From the human T2T-CHM13v2.0 reference genome, Homo sapiens: a stretch of 64,000 nt of DNA. Each line of letters opens with the position of its first letter. Position 1 is the stretch's first letter. The position numbers were made by a program, and so were the translations under genes. The notes under the pieces were generated by a model. It was not told where the DNA came from, did no database searches, and worked only from the letters and a program-made list of their open reading frames with translations. Where the stretch lies: NCBI RefSeq assembly GCF_009914755.1, contig NC_060932.1; one strand, given 5' to 3'. Below, in pieces: positions 57,955 to 64,000 of the stretch.

Positions 57955-59789
57955 ATCTAACTGGGGGTTGTCCTCTAGGTTCTTTGAATTCACCACTGAG
58001 TAGGGGGGAGCACCAAACAAGGTGCTGCAAAGCACAGGGCTCAGGGCAGCATCTAAGGCAGTACTCACCAGGACCAAGTCAATTCTACCTCTCCCAGCCC
58101 ATTCGTGGCCCCCAAAGCCACCCCCATTTTTTTATCCTTTCAGCCACAAGTTCTCTTGGTTCTGGGTCTCCAGAACCTCTAACCCCTAAACAGAAGGTCC
58201 AAGAAGGTGGCTCCTCTGTGCAGCTCCCCTGCAGACCACATTCCCTACCTGTCTAAACCTGCATCACAGAAATAGCTCAGAGGAGGCATCCAACCTGGGG
58301 AGTGAATACAACACCATGCACTGTTACCCTGAAGACACTTTGCCTGCTGCCTGCTGACCTGGCATCACAGAGCCTGGCTCAGCTGCCATGAGCCATCTGT
58401 GGGCAAAAAGCCAGCCCTTCATACTCCGTTCCAAAAGCCTCCTCTCCCATTAAGTCTTGTATAAATGAAGACTGATGTCATCAAATGATCCTCTCTCCCA
58501 CCCCTTTGACTAAAAAAACATGCACTTGTCACTTGAAAATCTGTGGCACTTTCCCACATCCTGGAAGTGAATCCTATGCTTTGGGCCCTTAAATTGAAAT
58601 TGACCAGAAATACATGGTGGGAGTTTTTTATTTCCCTTTTACTTTGCATCAACCTGGTTTGTTACAGCTTATTCACACCTCTGTTAACGGTGTTTGCTGA
58701 ACATTAGACATATAAACATTTCCAGTTACAATTGCTGGATTAGGGCTTATCTTCGTTTCCTGGCAGCTACGTAGAGAAAGGAGGGTGAAGAGAGAAAAAT
58801 AAGAAGGAAGGAACAAACCGTGGCATGTTAGAAGATACTCCTTCATAATGGTCAACGAGTTGGTAAAAGGCTGAAAGCACCTCAAACATATATTTCTGGT
58901 GTAGAATTTAGGAAAAATTTAAAAGAGGGGAGATGTTGGTCAAAGGGTACAAATTTTCAGTTAGGGTGAATATAAGGTAAAAAATAAAATTTTAACTAAA
59001 AAAAGAAACCAAGAGAAGGAATGGTACCTATTTGCAAAGTAATTACCATTGCACCCATTTTAAATGAGAAAACTGGCCTAGAAAGGAAAAGGGCATCTGT
59101 CCACGGTCACAGTACGTGGCTGGAGAAAGTTGGAGTGGCAAACTCCAGAGCGGAAAGGAAAAGATGCCCGCAACGCCAAAGGCCAGACGCCCGGGGAACC
59201 TGAGCCCCAAGAGGGCGGCATGAGGGAGGGACACGTAGCTGCAGGACTCTGTGCGCTTGCCCACTCCAGCCTGCCCACTCCAGCCCCAGAGCCTTCTGCT
59301 GGGGGCTACTTCCTTGGGCTAGCCTGTAGAGGGTTTCCAAAAACCAGAAACTTCCTTTGGTTGGAGGTGGGAAGGGCCTGGCATTGCATTTTCCCAAGAC
59401 ATCTCTGAGATATATACTCAGCTTGAGGTCCCTTTTGAAAGTCCTAGTTGGATTTTGTCACTCGCCTGGCTGTGCACCCACGGCTCCAACTTCCCGGACT
59501 TGCAGGATTCTTGGTACGGCTGACTTTGGGCTCCACGAGATTCCTCCGCGCGCACCTGGCTCACATCTCTGAGTACGCAGTGACCCTGGATAGCTACTGG
59601 CCAGGCGTCCCGCCACGCCTCCCAGCCATGTTCTCCGGTGGCACAGGCCCCGCGACTAGGCCACTGTCCAGAAAGTCGAGAAGATAGTGGACTTTCCCAT
59701 CCCCAATCCCCAGGCAGGGAGAATCACCCATCTTTGCAAGAGAAACTCTAGGCGCCTTTCCCTTACCCCCTCATTTTAGAGCCAGCAGC

Positions 59790-60090
59790 AGCATTGAGCG
59801 CTTGTAGGGCACCACCTTTGTGCTAGGCACGTGCTCAGAGCTTTGATGGCCTCTCTCACTGAATTTTCACAGCGAACGTCTAAGGTCAGGCCTACTGTGA
59901 TACTCACTTATAGATGAAGAAACTAAAGCTCTAAGAGGTATCTTGCCCATTGTCTTGAAACTAGCAAGGGACAGATGTTGAAGGTCCTAATTCCAAGTGC
60001 CCTGACCCCAGTCCTGCAGCGCAAGAGACAGGTGTTGAAGGTCCTAATTCCAAGTACTCTGACCCCAGTCCTGCAGCCATGCTGCTCTAC
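59790..60090 (-). mobile_element. MIR containing a 57-bp tandem duplication
   Basis: gtgctaggcac...cacttatagatgaagaaactaaagctc. Confidence 0.6.
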
Positions 60091-62699
60091 CAGGGTCCTG
60101 TTTTGGCAGGGGGCCAGGAAATAGGACATAGCTTCATCATTAGTGTAATCAAGGTGGGCTGGGTTCCCCCAGGATTTTTTTTCTTTTCTTTACTACAAAG
60201 AAGACCTCCAAGCTCAAAATTCATGACTGGGCTTGGAGTCATTTTCTCAACTAAGTCTCTCACCTTCCGCGCTGCACTGAGGGGGCAAAGTCCATCAGGT
60301 TGGAAATAGAGCCAGGTGTACTGGGTGATTAAAAATGAGCCACCAACCCCTCCTCCTGGAGTGTGAAGGGCTTTAAGGGGAATCTGTGTGCCAACTATGT
60401 ACCCTCTTCCTGAAATACAGATCTCTTGGGCCTCCCCCTGAGGAGATACTCATCCTGAGTCAGGCCTCTGTTGAGATCTGAGCTTTGCAAGCTGCTGACG
60501 CATTGCTAACATTCTTACTGAGATGTAAGTTCGGGAAGCAGTCCATACAATTCACCCTTTCCAGGGTGCTTTTTCTTAACCCCAATACTCATGCCTGATC
60601 CCCCAGCATAATAATCGTTAAGAGCAAACACTGGTGTGGCACTAAATCTGTTCTGGGCATGATCTAAATTCTTAACTTGTAGTAACTCATTTAATTCTCA
60701 AAACCACTTCTGAGACAGCCATCATTCTAAACTAAAAGAGACAGCTTGAGTAACTGGCTCAAGATACTAAGTAGTAGAGTGGGCAATCTGGCTCCAGTAT
60801 CTGTGCCACCACCCTAGACATCCCAGCCCTGATCTCTGTGCCTTGTAGAAACCCTGAGAAACTCTTCCATGCTGCCCATGCCTGGAGGGAGGGCATCAAT
60901 CCCTGGCCGGCAAGAGTCACTCACTTCAGCAGAACTACAGCAGTCATTACTTCAGCAGAAGAAATGTCGATGATTGGACTTGTGAAAGAGAATTTAGGAG
61001 GAAAATTAACAGGGCCACAGAGGGGTGCAAATGAGATAAGGTGTGAGAGAAAGACTTCTGAATGCAAATGTCAGTCACTACTGACAATGTGGAATGAGCA
61101 TAGGAATTTAAAGTCTAAGAGACATAAATTTGAGTCCTGATCTGTGACTTAGTGGCTGGGTGACCTTGGTTAGACTGGGTCGCATAATCTCTCCCAGCCT
61201 CATATGCCTCAGCTGTAAAATGAGAGAACCACCTGTACCTTGCAGGATCATTGTAAAGGTCAGAGTCAAAGTACCTCAGGGATGTGCATAGTACATAGAG
61301 ACGTCCAGTGAATGCAGCCAATATTTCTGTGACTACTTACATCTTCTAGGGGAAGGTGCACCTGTCCTTCTCTTGACTTCCTTTGAAATCCAGTTCTCTG
61401 GACTTCAGTCCTTGTGGTCCACTTCTCTCCACAAGATTCCAGAAGTGAGTGGAGGAAAGGTGCTAGGAAGCATGAGAAAGATGAAGACGCTTCCAGTTCC
61501 TGCTTATCTGAAGTCAAGTGAAAGTCAAGGCTCATGGAGGCTGCAGCCTCACCTCATCATCCCGATTCTTCTCAGTCCTGTGAGGCCCTGTCACCACTGC
61601 TGTCCCTCCCACAGTGCCAGGTGAACAGATGACCTCCACCCCAGCCACATCAAGGATCCAGCCCTTCTTGCAGGTTTCCTCTTCTGCAGGGGTCAAGGCC
61701 AGTGACAGCCCTTGTGCTAACCCAAATGACTCCCTGGCTGGCAGTGCAGCCCTGAGAGGCCTAAGGATTCGTTTCTTTCCCCACTTTGGTGTCCTTTTGT
61801 GGGGGCACGATCTGACCACAGGGCCAGTCTGGGGTGGGGATAAGGAGGCAGATGTTACTGATCTTCACTGTGCAAAGGGCCAGACACATATTGATGGGGA
61901 GGGCTGCAATGGAGGGCCCCTTGGGCTGCAGCATGAGGCCAGGCCTGTGGTGCTTGTCACTTTCGAAGGTTTCGTTGGCGGGTCTGTCTTCAGTGTGTGT
62001 TCCTTCTCATCACACATTCACCAGTCCAGCTTTTCTCATGTCTCTTGGCTTCCCCAGTGCCCTCCCCAATAGCTTGCCCTGTATTTCTGCTTCCAAAGAC
62101 CAGAGGGGTCCAAGGCAAGTCTTCCACGGAGTCTTGGAGAGGCTTTTCCACTCTTTCCCTCAGGCCTCCAGACCCAGGCCCTTCTCTTCCTGAGGGGCCT
62201 GGGCCTTGTAGACTCCACAAGTTAAGTGGGTCTAGTGGCCTGCCTGGATCCCTGGGAGAAATCCCTGTATGGGCACAGCAAGCTGCGGCTCAAGGTGAGG
62301 CAAATGAATGAGAGTGGAGAGAAAGAAAAGAAAGGAGATCCTCGAATCCCACCCAACTGAAAACAGCTTCGCACCCCTCACCTCGGGGCCTCAGCACCGC
62401 CTTTAGTGGCCTTAGCTCTAACCCCAGGGTGCCTGTTTCTGACAAGCAGTGCTGGCTGGGGAGAAGCCCTCTCCCGTGAGTGCTGCTCACCCTATCAGGA
62501 GCTCCAAGGCGCTTTAAGGAAACTCCTTTTGTCTCTAGAGGATGAAACAGATTCATTTACAAAGCAGTTTTCCTGAACTTAGTTAATGACCCTGATGGCT
62601 GCGTGCTCTCTTGAGGGGCCAGAGAGGCAAAGCTGAGATCAAGGGCACTTCACTGTGCTTCTCTTTTCAACGGGGTCCCATTCTGGGCTCCCGACCACA

Positions 62700-64000
62700 G
62701 CGGCTCAAATCTTAATTTGACATCACTGCAGATGAAACCCAAACCGAAGCTCTCGTACTGTTCCCGCGCTGAGCCCTCCCTCCCCATCTCACTGAGGCGC
62801 GCACGCGGCCTGCCCTTCCCCTGGGGCCGGGACCTGGGGGGTTGGCTAGGGGCGGCCTTCCCTGCACTGTCGACCGGTAAGTCACCCGGGAGCCCAGGGG
62901 AGCAACCAGGTCCTCCACGAAGGCTAGGGGAGCGGAAAGGGAGGAATCCTCAAACTGCCATCGGAGCTGGAATATGATCGGGCTGCATGGCTTCAGTTTT
63001 GAGATCAAAAGTAGAAGGAAGGGTGTTCATTTTATGTGACTTCCGCTCCCTGACCAGTTCTGAGCTTGCAGGTGGGGGCGAGGGTTCAAACTGGCTTGTA
63101 GTCGCGGGGAGGATATTGGACTCAGCACCCAGGGGTCCTGCGCAGGAGAAACCGCTGTGCTGTGCTCTTTAAGGTGCTGGGCCGTGTGCAGTCTGGGAGG
63201 AAGGGAGAGCCGCAATCTCTGTCTGCGGTGTTCATTTAGGTCTGACTTTCGAAACAATTTAGCAAAGTGAGATTCGTGGGCCCTAGTCTATTCCTAGTCA
63301 ATTTCCCTCCACGCTGAGCTTCGGAGCGGCAGTGGGCTGGGAAGTGGAGTGGGAGGCTGGACCAATTTGCCTGGAAGCCAGGTTTGCAAAGCAGGCGCAC
63401 CGATTCTCCTGGGCTCCTATGTTATTAAGGGATGCCCTCTGCACCCCACTAAAGCCAATCCCCTGCGCTGCCCCTGTGCCCGTCCTCTGTCCTTCTCCCC
63501 AAGCTAAACCAGCCTGGGCTAGAGGCCCGCCCCTGGCCTCTTTCACGCCCACTCTCGGGTCCCTAAACCATGCCCCGCCCCCAGGCGCCGGGGCCACTAG
63601 CGCCGCCGCGCGCGCTTCCCTAGGAACGTTGTCCAGCGCCGCCCGCCGCCCGCCCCTTCCAAGCTCTTGCAGCCCCTCACCCCAAGTGGACCCAACCCTC
63701 AGTCCCCAGCAATGCTAATGGACTGTCTTAGAAGGCAGAGAACTGCAACCCTGGAACCCATTAGTCCAAGGAGGACCTATTTAATTCCTGTAAACAGGAG
63801 ATACTATTTAACCGACTTAGAGTTTAAAAATAAACAGCCAGGCCTTGGGGTGGGGGATGGAGGGATGTCAAGCAACGGAATGGCACGGTGAATCCACATT
63901 CCGGCATTCCACACCTCGAGGGCTCGGCTCGATTCAGTCCCCTGGTCCAAAGAGTGTCGTTTGACCCGGGTTATTCAATACCCGAGGGGTTATCGAACTA
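62700..64000. promoter_or_regulatory. Intronic CpG-rich region with GC boxes
   Basis: CpG clusters at 62700-62980 and 63520-63670, with ccccgccccc and cccgcccc SP/KLF boxes. Confidence 0.65.

Overview
This is primate, very probably human, genomic DNA covering the 3' end of GDF6 (BMP13, TGF-beta family) and about 50 kb of downstream, repeat-rich sequence with no other gene. GDF6 is on the minus strand. The window holds part of its intron (54858-64000), the whole last coding exon (54857-53896, in a CpG island) and a roughly 2.2 kb 3'UTR with an (AG)30 microsatellite and 8-mer sites for let-7, miR-155 and miR-27. The rest is interspersed repeats: a full-length but inactivated L1PA2/L1PA3-type LINE-1 nested in L1MB inside L2, a 5'-truncated L1PA5-like copy with a 3' transduction, Alus, ERVL/MaLR LTRs, an ERVL pol relic, MER DNA transposons, L2 and MIR. 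I found no credible new biological system. The best leads are an unexplained ~110-bp hairpin, retrotransposition signatures and several motif-dense candidate GDF6 enhancers. Repeat subfamily names come from recalled consensus sequences, not a database search, and boundaries of old repeats are approximate.
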